DNA of 64,000 nt from Phoronis australis (lineage: Eukaryota; Animalia; Phoronida), in NCBI GenBank assembly GCA_002633005.1, contig NMRA01000029.1, positions 1,345,796 to 1,409,795 on the forward strand. The letters are read 5' to 3'. Shown one piece after another: positions 25,831 to 38,805 of the stretch. The position numbers and the translations under genes are program-made. Under the pieces are notes generated by a model. The model had not been told where the DNA came from and did not search any database. It saw nothing but the letters and a program-made list of their open reading frames with translations. Position 1 is the first letter of the stretch; the number at the start of each line of letters is the position of its first letter.

Positions 25831-26597
25831 GGATCTCCAAATGAGTTTATCAATGAAAATGGTTTCTGATATGACTTTTGAAACTGTGCCTGACATTCCA
25901 AAACCAGGCAACCGTTTTCTTTCATTCGGGACAAAGGAAAGCTCTATCGCTGTGTCATTTGGGACAGCTATTTTAAGTAAATTCGGTCGAGCAAAATATG
26001 GTTCAACTAAAAATAATTGACATGAAGATGTAAAACGATTAGTCATAAAGCCATCATAATCCTGACAAGTAGCTTCTGGGTATGAAAATGGGGGGAGGCA
26101 GTTCCTTATTGCTGGAAGCCATACTTCTTTCATTAAATGACTCGCCGTGACAAGTGTACTTGTTTCAAGAAAGTCAACCGGCCTTCACGAATATCACATG
26201 CGCGAAAATTATAATCTCTCCACTCGAACTCTAACTCCAACTTGAGTAAATTAGCATGCATATACACAGAGTATGCGTTTGCACTTGATGACCGCGAAAC
26301 TATAAGCTATGTAATTCTAATAAGATTGTTTGAACTTCAGCCTGTAGCTTGAATTTAGAAGTCATCAAGCACACATTTGGTTTAGATATGCGTTATTCAA
26401 CTTTTATCCACCTGGTATGGAACCACAGTTACGCATATACAGTATTGAAGTTGAAGCTGGGCTTGGAATTCGACTTGGAGAATAGAAATGCATGCCCTAA
26501 ACTTTTGCAACCCGCCTTGAACACGGCTGACTTAACATTATTGCCAAAGCTGGTTTTTGCAAACAAGAGCGCAGCAAATACTGAGCAAATACGTTAC

Positions 26598-26771
26598 TGC
26601 AGCAGCCTGTTAGTTTTCTCAAGGTGACGTGTTCAATGTGGTGCATTGAACGAAGGTCGACTCTGAACCACGGCTCCTCCTTTTCTGCCGTACGAGTGCA
26701 CGTATCTGTTCTCCCGTCTACCAGTTTGTAACCGTGGCTACTTCCATACATGTAGGTGCTGGACTGCTCAA
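26598..26771 (-). CDS. Gene B exon: F-type lectin-like domain, N-half (5' boundary uncertain; may start at 26835)
   Basis: VEQSSTY...LVDG..DTCTRT...PWFRVDL...GCC, ending TGC A|gtaacg in phase 1. Confidence 0.8.
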
Positions 26772-27916
26772 CTTGGATGTAAAATAGATTTACACGTATT
26801 TTACATAAGCACACATTCGAGATGTCTATCGTCATCTAAAAAAATTCCACACACTTTCTTATGGAGGACATTTACATGTATAGTGTCGAAATCCAATGTC
26901 AAAGAGTAGATAATTTGAATATTGACGTAGCTCGAAAACTTGACAATCTTATGAGTTCCATTAACGGGTGTTAAGTTTCGTACAACGTTCGCTGAACAAA
27001 GTAAATCTGTCACTAGAAAGTCTCTGGTGGGACTAAATTTTATCGCAGGGTCACGTGTCGCTGTTGAAGAGTACAATCAGGTTACTTTTTGGTTGAGATC
27101 CTCCCCACAAAAGGCAGATATGTCAGAGCTACTACTGGGTGTATCACCATCACCATTCAAAGTTACATGAAGGTCAATTAGCCCGTCCACCCGCAGGGTC
27201 ATTACGTCACTTTTGTGCGCTACTTGATTTTAGACAATTGCCAGCACGGATGCATATGCGGTTCAGTCAACGGCCTTAGTCACTCGAAAGTGCGTCTCGT
27301 TGGAGTAGGAACAATCTGGGACCAATTGTATGAAATTAAATGGACTAAATTAGAAAATTCGATTTTTTTGAACGAAACAAGAGGTTTTGGCCGCTTATGT
27401 GACTTGGCAGACAGGCCTCTCTGCCCATTTATCATAACATCAGAAATGGCGGAATAAAAAATACATTTTCTGAATGTCAATTTTGAATTGATATCAATGG
27501 GGCATTGATTGAGTCACGTGACCACGTTTTTCTGGTAAAATCAAACGTAAAGGCACATTCGTAGAGACAAATGGTTTCAATAAGGCGAACAAATTTCTAG
27601 TGATAAAAATATGGAAGATGACATCCCTACGGGGCTGGAAAAGGATTTAGGCAGTCTGTTAGCTGTATGAAGAATGTCATATACAGCTTTGTACCACGGC
27701 TAGGAAAAGACATGCTCAGTTACTTTATTGCCAACTCGAGCGCGCAACTCATACATGTAAGTCGAGTTCCAAACCTGGTAGTCGAGCTCTCGACTTATAA
27801 GTCGGGCGACAGATTTATTTCACGAGCTTAACAACGACTGTGATCGTAAACATGGAAGTTGCCGTGACCACTTTCTTTCATCTCGGGCTCAGCCAAGTTG
27901 AAATGTGCACTGTTTT

Positions 27917-28238
27917 CTGGGGCGGATTTAGGGGGGGGGGAGCAAAGGGGCCATGACCCCCCTGAAATTCTCCCACATTCCATTTGGAAGATCTGGCTGC
28001 GAATTGCTGACTGGCATACACGCGCACCAAGGGGGCTCCGGGGGAGGGGGCAAATGCACAACGCATAGGTCTTGAACAAACGCCGGTTACCTTTTTTATT
28101 AATAAGGTCCGCAAACCCAAAAATTCGAGACCCTGCATGCATCCCTACATTTTAGGCCGGGTTTGCGCGTGTAGCAAAATTCTGGTTATTCCTGTGCCCT
28201 TCTCCCCTCCCGAACTCAAAATCCTGGATCCGTCCCAG
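27917..28238. mobile_element. MITE with CTGGGGCGGAT...ATCCGTCCCAG termini
   Basis: Short TIRs, poly-G subterminal tract, near-TSD gtttt/gttct. Confidence 0.6.
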
Positions 28239-30416
28239 GTTCTCGCTCGCTCAGAGATTCAGTTACTTCGTCATTGGGTGGTAATAACGTCGTGTCCTTG
28301 TTAAGTTAGGGTTATGCAAACGAAAAACATTTACTGATATGGATGTAGTTGAAATTGTTACCAAGCAAGTTGCAGGGTCGGGTCAGTTGCATTGGATGAA
28401 GATTCATGCATTGGAGCTGTGTCACAAAGGTAGATGTTTTCAGTAAAGAGACTTATTTGTGTTATCTTACGTTGCTACACACATGAAAGTAATTTTAGAT
28501 TGTTCCAAAAATGTTCCCAAACATACTATGAATAGTGACTCTGCTTTACTGGAAAACAAGGATGTTTTTCGTATTCCAGAAAAGCACAGAATTCAAAAAG
28601 AATTCCACAGTTAACACTGATTGTAGGGATGTGACAAATTGGGCTTTCAAACTAACTCTCTTACACATACTCATACTCAATTATTATTCTCCCATTCCTC
28701 TGATTTATGTCCATTCCACGTGAGAAACGTTTCGATAGCCCATCAGGTCTGTTTGAGTAGTGACTACGACATAAGGAAAATTTGTCCCATCAGTTAAGGA
28801 TAAGGAATCTTAAGTCAAGACTTAACTCAAGGAAAAATACGGCCCCTGTGGGTTGGTCNACTGAGTCGGTTAGCTTAGACGAACGCCCCATTTTCTTGCC
28901 CAGCTTTCCACTGTCCGACATCTTGTCTCGTATTGTCTTGCAAAACTGCGTCACCGATTATTAGCGCAGCACCGTTCTCTGACACGTAGTGTAAATGAAT
29001 AATAGTCCACTGCAGATCAGCATGATCAAATCTCAAGTAATGGTCCAATCATGAAGAATCGTAGAGGTAGGCACAAAATACACGGCACGATGTATAAAGC
29101 ACATTGGGTGGCAAAGTATTCACTCCACAACACTCTTGACATTGAATCAGCTGTTCGTTTGTCGAATGACTGAGCGCATGCGCGCATTTATAATAAGTGA
29201 AAGGAAGATAGGCAGGTATAAGTGGTTACCATACAAGCTTTTCTTCGTACTTCTTTCAAAAACCATGAATTGGGTCATTTTTTCTGGAAATTCCATCTCA
29301 GGGGGAAGTGAATAACTTTTTAGTAAAGGTTGAAGGAAGGTACTTTGGTTAGGGATCGTTTAAAACGTATTTTTCACTAGTTTTCGCGGTCCATGCCACT
29401 TTAAAGTACATGTGTACTTTACCACTGGTTACTGAGTGTAACGTCCAAGTCAAGATTCCCGACTACATGTTACTCACATTTAAATTGGACATGGATGATT
29501 TACAAGATTACGAGTGAGAGAACATGACAGACATGGTTTACTGAATGAAATAATGTCGTTTTTATTGAAATTGTACGTCTTATTTGTCAGAGCTTATAAA
29601 TGTCGGTACAATGCTGTTTGTTGAAACAGACGTTTTCTGCGCGTTCTCATTTAAGTATTCAATTTTCACGAGACATGACGTCGGCTGTCGTCACACGAAA
29701 CGTGAGTGAAGCCTATTCGATTCCGGGGGCTGGTCCCCGCCAAAATGGTAATCAACAAAATTAGTTAATACGCGGTTGTAATGGCCATGCCAGGCTGACG
29801 TAACATAAGTCGGACAGGATCGACAAAATTCAGTGACAATTGGATGCTATCAGCATTAAATAGTTATAACCTTTTTACGCTTTTCCTTTTTAAGTGACAT
29901 TTTGTGCGATAAAAGTGGTTTCCTGATATCGGTTCTAAGGGCAGGAATCAATCCCACAATCCCAGCAGTCGCTACCCAAAACAGGCCCGTAGCCAGCATT
30001 GCGCAGGGGGTGGTTCGAATTTCTGGAACATTGGACCTTTGATATTTTGCAAAGATCGACCCGCCAAACTTTCAAATCAGGCATGCTTAAACACATATTC
30101 AGACGGAATTGTTTAGTCTGAGAATGACTTTACGAAATTTTAAACTGGTTGTATTTTTGCATGTTACTTACATCGCTGCACACTGTTGTGAAGGTCCACT
30201 ACTCCGAATGGTCACTACTCCGAAAACATCGAAATTTTCGAACCCAGGTTTAACTTTTATACTCTTGCATGCAAAAGTAGACGATACTTCGGTTATTAGA
30301 TGCTGCGAGTGGTGTACCTATACCGAAAACAACGTCCGGGTACTATCGATTTCATGCACATAGGGAATTGCCTGCATGTCTTATGAATATGGAAAACTAT
30401 GCATGTTCTTGAATTT

Positions 30417-31060
30417 TTAAAAGGATACCAAATCCAAGCTTGGCCTATTGACAAATACTACAAGCGACTTTCCCATCCAGTTCCCTAAAAAAAATAATAC
30501 TCTGTAACCACTGACAACCCTCAAAAGTTTGCTGAAAAATTTGAACACTTGTTTCAAAGTTTGCTAAACGAACAAGCGTAACCTACCGTTTTTGCGAATT
30601 ACACGGCAACTGTGAGAAAGGTCCACCCACCAAGGACCATATTGTCCGAACTTTGACAAGGGGTGTATGAATTTTCACGTGATTTCTTCCTTAAAAATAT
30701 TTCTAAACCCTATTTTGATGATTTCAACGAATCCTCGTTCTCTCAATTGCTGTTGCATCATTCGCGTCTCTTGAAAGATAAAGCAGGAATCAACTAAGAA
30801 TTCGTACACACTATCTCATAAATTGGACATCATGGTCCTTGGTGGGTGGTATTTTCCCACAGATGCCGCGTAACTCGCTAAAATCGTAAGTCACGCTTCC
30901 ATATTTATCAAAATTTGTAAGTTTTCTGATTTTCCTCAACAAAACTTTGTAGGGTTGTCGAGCCGTTACAGAGCATTATTTCGTTTCAGAGAACAGGATG
31001 GGAAAGTCGTTTTTAGTATTAATTTGTTAATTGGATAAAACCGGGTTTGGTATACTTTTT
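30417..31060. mobile_element. Foldback element with ~270-bp imperfect inverted arms
   Basis: gactttcccatcc...ctctgtaac...ccacccaccaaggaccat at left is mirrored by atggtccttggtgggtgg...gttacagag...ggatgggaaagtc at right. Confidence 0.75.
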
Positions 31061-31999
31061 ACTTGGAAGATTGACACCAGAGATGCATTAACAGGTGACA
31101 GAATAAGGATTGATGGAAATCATCTCAGGGTTTACTATCCCTTTAAAAGAATACGAAGTACATAAGGATATTGATGAATTATTACCTCACTACACGGAAC
31201 TGGTGGAAACTAAATGTACTTAGAAGGCTACCCTGTCCCTGCCAGTAGTCAAATGTATGCAATGGTTACTAAATGGACAAAAAACAATAATTAATGCATG
31301 TCTGTTCTGACTCATTTTCAGACAATCAGAGTAATGAATTGTCGGAGTAGTGAAAGTTCAGAGTAGTGGACTTTACGAGAAGTGAACCTTTGGAATAGTG
31401 ACACGTAACCCTAGAAATCTTTTGCATCGTGTTTGTTGCCGAATGAAGTCATATTTTCTGCTGTTTTGTTTCATGGTCGATTTTAAGACATTCACACCAC
31501 ACTACTTTTTGAGAGCTAGTTCGCTATTTTAAAACTTAACTAGTTATAGACATTTACATCTAGACTCCCTTGTTACACTCTGATGTATCGTTGGCCAGAA
31601 GCAAATTCGTCTAACGCCAGTAGCTGCAACAGTTTTGTTGTTGTTGTCCAGCTGTAACCTATCTCTAACGGATAGCTGGGGGGGGGGGGGNNCCCCCCCC
31701 CCCGCCCAGCTACGGGACTGCACAACTATGTTGGTGAAGATAAATTTCATTTGAAAAGCGGTACAGTATTCTAAGCGAATTGAACTGGAAAAGTTGGCTG
31801 TCTTCATTTCAGCAAATGATTGGCAAACAAGGACGGGATCTGGCGATTTGTCGCTTTTATTATTTGATAATATATGCAAGAAGAAAAGTTAACATGGTTG
31901 TTGTTTTCTTTTGAATGTATTCTACCTACTCTCATAAATTGCAGTGCCACACGTTCGTGAATACACTACGTAGGTTGACTAGCGCCAGTTACTGTGATG

Positions 32000-33810
32000 C
32001 TAGACATGCGTTATGGCACTTTTGTCGAAACATATCGTAGCCTAGCCAGTCATTCACCTGGTGATTGATGAGCCTGAAGCACACATGACCTTTTTGGCAC
32101 CACTGTTGCGATTTCGTTAAGTTGGACTTGGTTGCTAGACAGGAGTTTCAAGCGTTTCCTTTGGTTTTTGCAAGATGCTGTCAGGGTGTAGTTGCTATGG
32201 TGTTGTTAACCATGATTTAAACAAATGTGATGAAGATGTGGTGTTCTTGAAGCTTCCTGCGGAGATTCTTGAAGTTCTTCCGTTTTACGGAGACGTACAT
32301 TAAAATAGAGGCGTCCTTTGACGTTGTGCTAGACGAACGAGGCAAGATAACACCAGAAAGGTGAGGTGGAATGATGACACGTATGACCAGGAGATTTGGT
32401 AAAGCAGAATGCGCAGTAGGGATGTTGTCAGCTGTGGCAGTGGATTTGTGTTGGTTTTCGAGTCACTCTGATTTCGGGGATAGATTCAATTACGTTGGAA
32501 GAGTTAACTATACTGGATCGTAATCTCTTAGAGATGGCGTACTGCATGTTCCGAAGAAAATGTTCCTCAGTTATGTTATGGAGACCTCCCTACTTGATGT
32601 TGATGGTAGTTCTAGCGAAATATAAATCGAGTATTCTAAAATACCCTTTGTCCAATACTTGAAGAAGGTGGCTTGAGCAAAAAAAGTAATTTCAGGCGGT
32701 GTGGTAGACTGGTACACGTTGTACCAGACGTGCGCAGGCCGTGCAAGCGGGCCCATTGCCATGCTCACCTGGAATTATTTTTGTGCTTTATTAATGTATA
32801 GTTAAAACCGAGCTGAGGAGCTAGAAACCCGACTCAATGGTCTAGCAGTGTGTCTCAGTGGGACTCGAACCCACGACCTCGAGTAAAGAAGGCGGGAACC
32901 GTCACACTAGGCCAAACTGCCTCCTCCTTCTGCTTGAGTAAGAAGGTACACATGCATGTAAAAGGGTCGCCTTGCATTGACGGGAGGATCTATTAGCTGT
33001 TGGTTAAAGCGATTTGGACGATTATGCATGGATAAGATACTTGGTTTGCTTGTGTCAGTATTGGATAGGAAACCAAATGTTGTGAAACACAATAAGATTG
33101 TACCAATGTTTATCCAACCATAAGTTATGGCTTTTAATGTCAAGCCAGGTAAAGCTGATGATAGAATGACTGTAGTATGGCTTTCTGATATAGTGCGCAT
33201 GACAAGAGTAGGAATCTGCCACCGTCTGCATTGCACACGTATACAACTGAAGGATGGACATTCTGTTGTTTCTGCAACGTTCTTTGTCTGACCCTTTTTG
33301 GTGAAGATGTTGACTTTAAAGTTGACTTTGGGAGTGGAAAACAGTTCTCCGTCAACGTTGCATATTTGTCTGTTTTGATGCAAGTTGCACTTCTTGGTAT
33401 GATTTTTGTAAAATAGCATCTTGAGTGAGAAATACTCTTTGCTTATAGTGTGAGTCTGGCGTTGTGTATGCCAGTTGATCCTTGTGCCTCATTTTAGTAA
33501 TCCATTTCTCCGAATTGGCTAGGTGCTCATATTTTAAAACGACTACCACTGAACGAACCTTTGATCCTGTGAGACGCAATCCAATTTCTCGTATAAACAC
33601 CAAACATTTCTCAAAATTTCTTGTTGGTATCGTCGCTCAAACCAAACCAATGAAGAATTTTCCGCAGTCTTTGGAATCTCACTTGGTCTCATAATAGCGG
33701 AATTGTGGAAGTTGGAATGCCTTTCCACTTTGTTGACATTGTTGACCTTGATTTTGGCTTTGGACATTTGGCTCTTGGTATAGACGGAGCCCGGTTTTCT
33801 TGGCATTCTG
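32000..33810 (-). mobile_element. Heavily degraded Penelope-like retroelement
   Basis: Frameshifted remnants YEKLD / RVFLT-RCYFTKIIPRS (PLE N-terminal type) and NLRRKLQEHHI...NNTI (pre-endonuclease type); many stops; assignment is by motif recollection only. Confidence 0.45.
32775..32923 (-). mobile_element. tRNA-derived SINE
   Basis: Minus strand GAGGCAGTTTGGCCTAGTG (A box)...GGTTCGAGTCCCAC (B box), followed by a body and an A-rich tail with aataaa. Confidence 0.65.
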
Positions 33811-34045
33811 AAGTCAGGTACTAGAATTTATGTTAAGAAAATGACGTGTTGTATTTTAAAACACTCGTTTCATTCTAAATTCAATTACAATTTTAACAAT
33901 ATGAATACATTCATCGTACGATCAGTCGTAGGTGACCGTACGTCCACCCATCTTATAATTAACAGGGATGGCCAAAAACGTTAATAGCACTTACTTCGAT
34001 TACATTTGATTTAGGCCAGAACAGAAGCACGAACTTAGAAGTACG

Positions 34046-34325
34046 AATTAGCGCGTAAGTAAATAACGACATACAGTGTATCTATCCAACGTTTCGGTTT
34101 ATTACTCCAAACCTTTGTCAAGGAAACGATTCACATGCTCAAAACAGGCGACACAGGAAGAGAAAAGACTGTACAGGTACACGTCAAAATGCATTGTGAG
34201 GGGGAGAGACCAGAAATCAAAACAGTTGGAGCTCAAATGAACGAATGTTTCTATTGAGGTAACGCTCAGCATGAATTATACCGAAACGTTCGATAGATAT
34301 GTTTGTATTTACTTACGCGCTAATT
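34046..34325. repeat. Inverted repeat containing a hammerhead-ribozyme-like motif
   Basis: aattagcgcgtaagtaaata...tatctatccaacgtttcggt versus accgaaacgttcgatagata...tatttacttacgcgctaatt; minus strand 34123-34086 reads CCTTGACAAA-GGTTT-ggagtaat-AAACC-GAAACGTTGG. Confidence 0.6.
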
Positions 34326-34959
34326 TTATAGTTAGCACTAACTTCATGTTTTAGCAGGTGACAAAAGAAATTGACTGTACTGTTCGAAGATTACGTCCAG
34401 TCGTATGATCTCAAATCGTGCTATGCCGTAGGACTATGGTTTCATACAATATCTTTTATTATAAGTTGGTTGTACATTTTCTTATAGACAAATCTGATTG
34501 AATAAACGTGAAGCTAGTCAAGTAAACTAATGGAGGTTCTATCATGAACTTTGAAAACAAAGCCTAATGTTCAGCATTTTAGCAGGGGGTGTGCAATACT
34601 TTTAAGAATTTCATTTGAACAACCATTTTCGAAGTGTTATTAAATACCAAAGTCCTTCCAGATAAACAAGGAAGTTCGGAGATAAAATCAATCTACTTTT
34701 GTGTATTTGTCCAACCGATCACTATTGCTAAATAGTCACTTTTCCGTCTTACAAGTACTTTCACTGAACTGCAACACATGTGGTCATAAACTCGTCATTT
34801 ACCGCCGAGTGAACACCAGCGACGTGAAACGGGTCGTACGTGTGTAAGATTTATTGGGAGACCTGGCTCCTTAATAAAGCTATAAACTGCTATGCTCCGT
34901 GAGTAACGACCAAGTCCAGATCCCCTTTGCAGGTGCGTTGTCTGTTTTCACCCGTCATG

Positions 34960-37900
34960 TCACTGTAATTTCGGTACGGCGGACGAAACAACACGATAAC
35001 TAATAAGCTTGATAGGTTTCCTCAGTATCAAGGTTACCACCATTATAATCAGCATGGTTTTCAGCCACTCAACACAGAAAACGCTGATCAGCATTCCGAT
35101 AAGAAACGAGACCAACCACTGTAAACTTCTGTAGTATCCGTATTCAAGCCCGTAAAGCACTGTGAGGAAAGAGAACGTAAAACTCATCGTGAACAGTACC
35201 AACCATATGACGTAAAGGGACCAACGAGGCAACAGGAGGCGCGTCGTTGTCTCCTTTACGTTCATCTGAGAAACATTGGGCACACTGTAGTTGTTGTTGT
35301 TATTTTGTCCAGGGAGACCATGAAAAGACTTTCTCGTATCTTCACAAGGGGACTCTGATACTTCATATGAGATAGACGTTGTCACAATATCACTTGAGAT
35401 TGTATCAGGCAAAATCAGTGCCGTCGATAATTGACTGTCTTGCAAAGAGATTTTATCATCAGCAGTTTCTGTATCGAACGAATTGCCAGATTTAGAATAT
35501 CGCGGAAACTCGGCCTTCTCGCCGGTGTTGTCGGCAGATTGTGTTTGGTTCCAGGCAGCTGACTGGATCAACACAGGAGTTTCTGGTGGAGGTTGGACGC
35601 GTTGAAACAGCACGGTGAAAATAAAAATCAGAGGAAATACTATCAGACTCACTGGAAAACTAAAGGAAACTGCCGCCATGATATCAAAAGTTTCACCAAC
35701 GTTTTCACGAAGGGAAAACTCCGCAGAGGAAATATCTGCAAACATGGTCGACAGCACCATCAATAGCGCACACGAGAGACGTTGAACATAAGTGAAATCA
35801 CTGTCTGGTGGCCTTTCTATTATACTTATCCACAAATGATAGTTACGTGGTCCTCGGTTGGTTTGTATTGGGAATACATTCTTCAACGCAGTTAGTTCCT
35901 TGGGTGAAGCAACAGCTAGTTCCCGTATCGTTGCACCGTCCCCTTTGTCAGTACCCAACCAGTTGTTGCATAAGAAATACCACAATGCTCCTGTCTGGAG
36001 ATCACACACGCATAGAGCGTGGAGGTACCAACTAGGGGATTCACCTGAGTTGTCGTGCCAAATCGTAGCTCTACGCAAATGTCCTAGGCACTTTTCGGTC
36101 GTCAAAATGAAAGCACTTGCAGAACCGCGCATCATCCCGTTACCTATCCCGCCGCAAATATGGCGAGACAATGTCTCACCACGATCTCCAACGAGCGTTA
36201 GGTAGACATTGGCTTTCGTTAGAGCATCCGTTTGCCATCCAGTGAGCACAGCAACAACGTACACATAGGGATATGACCTATGGTTGTCTCTTGCACGGAA
36301 AGTACGTAAAATTCTCTCGCACTTTTTGTCCCTTCGTCTCACCACGGGAAGAAGTAGAAAGTACAATCCCCACACAACACAGACTGCAGTTAAAACAATA
36401 TAATTTGTATCCACTGACTCCAGCAGTTCCACCGCCCTCTCAACATGTAGAGTGTTCGGCAGTCGAAGAAGCCCGCCTGCGTAAGTCGATAGGTGGTTGC
36501 ATTGGCAGTAAAGGGAATCTTTGGTTGGCCTGCGTGATAACCAGCACCCAGACGTATTCCAGACTGCAGCTTGCGTTTGCCAATATAAGCAAGCGTACTG
36601 TTTTATCTCTAATACAAGTTTAATGTTTTTTGCAATGTTGGACCTACACCTTTTGTCTCTTTTATTTATTTCTAGACCAACTGCCGCAGAAATGACGTTC
36701 TTTTTATTGTTTTCCAGTAAAAATGACCAATTAGATTGCCTTGAAATTACAAACAGCCTTTTTCCGCGCAAGTCCTCAAAGTCCTTTCCGGTTATATTAG
36801 TACTCGCTTCTTTCGCAATTGCCCAAATGGTGGCGTTGATGTCATGACCGTTCGCAAATCGTATCAAAGCAGCACCTTTGCCTTGTAGTAGAGTTTGGCT
36901 CTGTATGAAATCGAAATAGAGACGTCTTTTAAGACTCTCACATGCCGACGGTATAGAGTAATTCAGGTGAACAAATTCTCCCTTTTGACTTCGATTTATG
37001 GAGAATTTGATGCCTATCGAGATTCCATTGTCCCTCTTAGTGGTTAAAATGTCGTTCTTGAATTTGTCTTGATACTCCAAAGACATTATTCCTGTAGCAA
37101 TTACGGCGATATTTCTTGACCAAAAGTAAGGGTTGTCAATGAACCCTAAAACTTTGCACATCACCGTCAAATTATGTCCATGGTGTTGACGTAGGAACAT
37201 TTTAACTCTTCCAGTATCCAGAATACCTCCTTTAAAGGGAAGAAATCTCTTCAAATCATTAGCCGCGGTGAATTCCGCTAAGACTGAAACGCGGTCATAA
37301 GCTATTAATGTCGGTTTTTCGCCGAAATTCATCACCTCCAGTGTGGCATCAGCTATAGAATTCAGAACACCGACAAGTTCTTTAGTCAATGATTTTCTCC
37401 TCCAAATATTCAACTCCTCACCGTTCGTTGAACGATTGCCCAACGCATTAGCAAAAATGTTACTCGCCGTTTGAGTTGCTTCTTTTAACACCTCGGTACT
37501 TTGGGAACGGCTTTGGTTTTGGACCAGGTCATTCCTTAACATATTAAGGTAGTTCGTTAATGTCTTTGCCGCAGCTATTGAAGGTTCAGCGCTGACGACG
37601 CCGGTCATAGACGTAACCTTCATCATTGTGCTGATAGCCTGCTTTACTCTTTCAGCAGATACCCGTAAAGCGGTTAACATCTTGAGTAGCTTTTCTCGTT
37701 CGCTTGCTTCTGTTGACGTAAACGAGCTGAACTCGATCAGCGCCAGCGCCTGACCTATATGTCCGGTGTTTTGGAGACTTTGAAGCAAACCTTCCAAGGA
37801 TTCCATCGATGAACGCGGGTCTCTTGGATCCTGAATTGAGACACGTGGAAACTCGATATCTGTCCCGTGCCTGGCTCCGAACTTATCGATGACGATAACT

Positions 37901-38477
37901 GTTAAAATATTCTTGCAATCTTTAAAGTATGGGAAGATGCCAGCGTACTCGGGTGCATCCGTGCGTCCAAGAATCACTTGAGTCCGGTTTCCGCAACGCG
38001 CCATGTACTCGTATGTCAAATCTGGAACTTCAAAGATGACGTTCGGGCAAGTTACGGTGAAGTTTACCAGAGATATTCTTGGAACGTCGACGAGTATGAT
38101 ACACCCATCCGCTTCAAATTGAAACTTCTTCACCTCTACTTCGTAATCTGCTGAAATCGACATGTCATTAATTCTCATTCCTACTTTGAATGTGTACTTC
38201 GTATTTGGGGTCAAAATCTGGGACTCGATTTCGAGAACTTTGCCTTCAGTCAGTGTGCTGTCAGCCTCTATGTTAGGCACATCTATATCGTCTCTAACTG
38301 ACGTCTCTATCTTCCAGTTGTAGGTCACATACTTGTAAAATTTGCAGTTGACACACACGGCACGTAGTTTCAACAACTTGCCAGGTCTTATATGAGAAGT
38401 CTGGTCAATGGGGCAGTTCGTGAGGCACACCACAAACACGCGAGGACATAGGCGAATGCCCTCTAGGATAGCACAAG
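34960..38477 (-). CDS. Gene C terminal exon: polycystin-1/REJ-like (partial REJ, GAIN/GPS, TM1, PLAT/LH2, TM2-TM5); no channel domain
   Basis: 3518-nt exon from the phase-1 acceptor ttgcag|CT to TGA. GPS: CLYW...WNTSGC...YCQCNHLS. PLAT: YVVAVLTG...ANVYLTLVGDRG...WHDNSGESPSWYL...WYFLCNNWL. Post-PLAT: RPPDSDFTYVQRLSC. TM4-5: LPRW...VLYG...WLVSF. Collinear with gene B. Confidence 0.93.
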
Positions 38478-38805
38478 CTGCAAAGAGTAAGCGGTATACT
38501 GGTCAAACCCATATTTGCGAACAATGGATAATGTTCGTAGATTCCATTGGAATAGGGTCCAGTTGCATAAAAATACAAGAGCATTTGACGTTTTGCAATA
38601 AACAACTCATCGAAAAAAAAGTTCATTCAACTCAATTCCGGTTCTTTCACTTGGCTCACATCAAAACAATTTACCTATAAACCAAAGTTTCCAAGCAGCC
38701 ATACATTGCACGAAACTCACAAAGACAGTTTGCTTGGAACTCACACGAACATTTTGCGAGGATTCAAATATTTTCCTGGTTGATTAAGCAATGTAAGCTA
38801 TGTAC

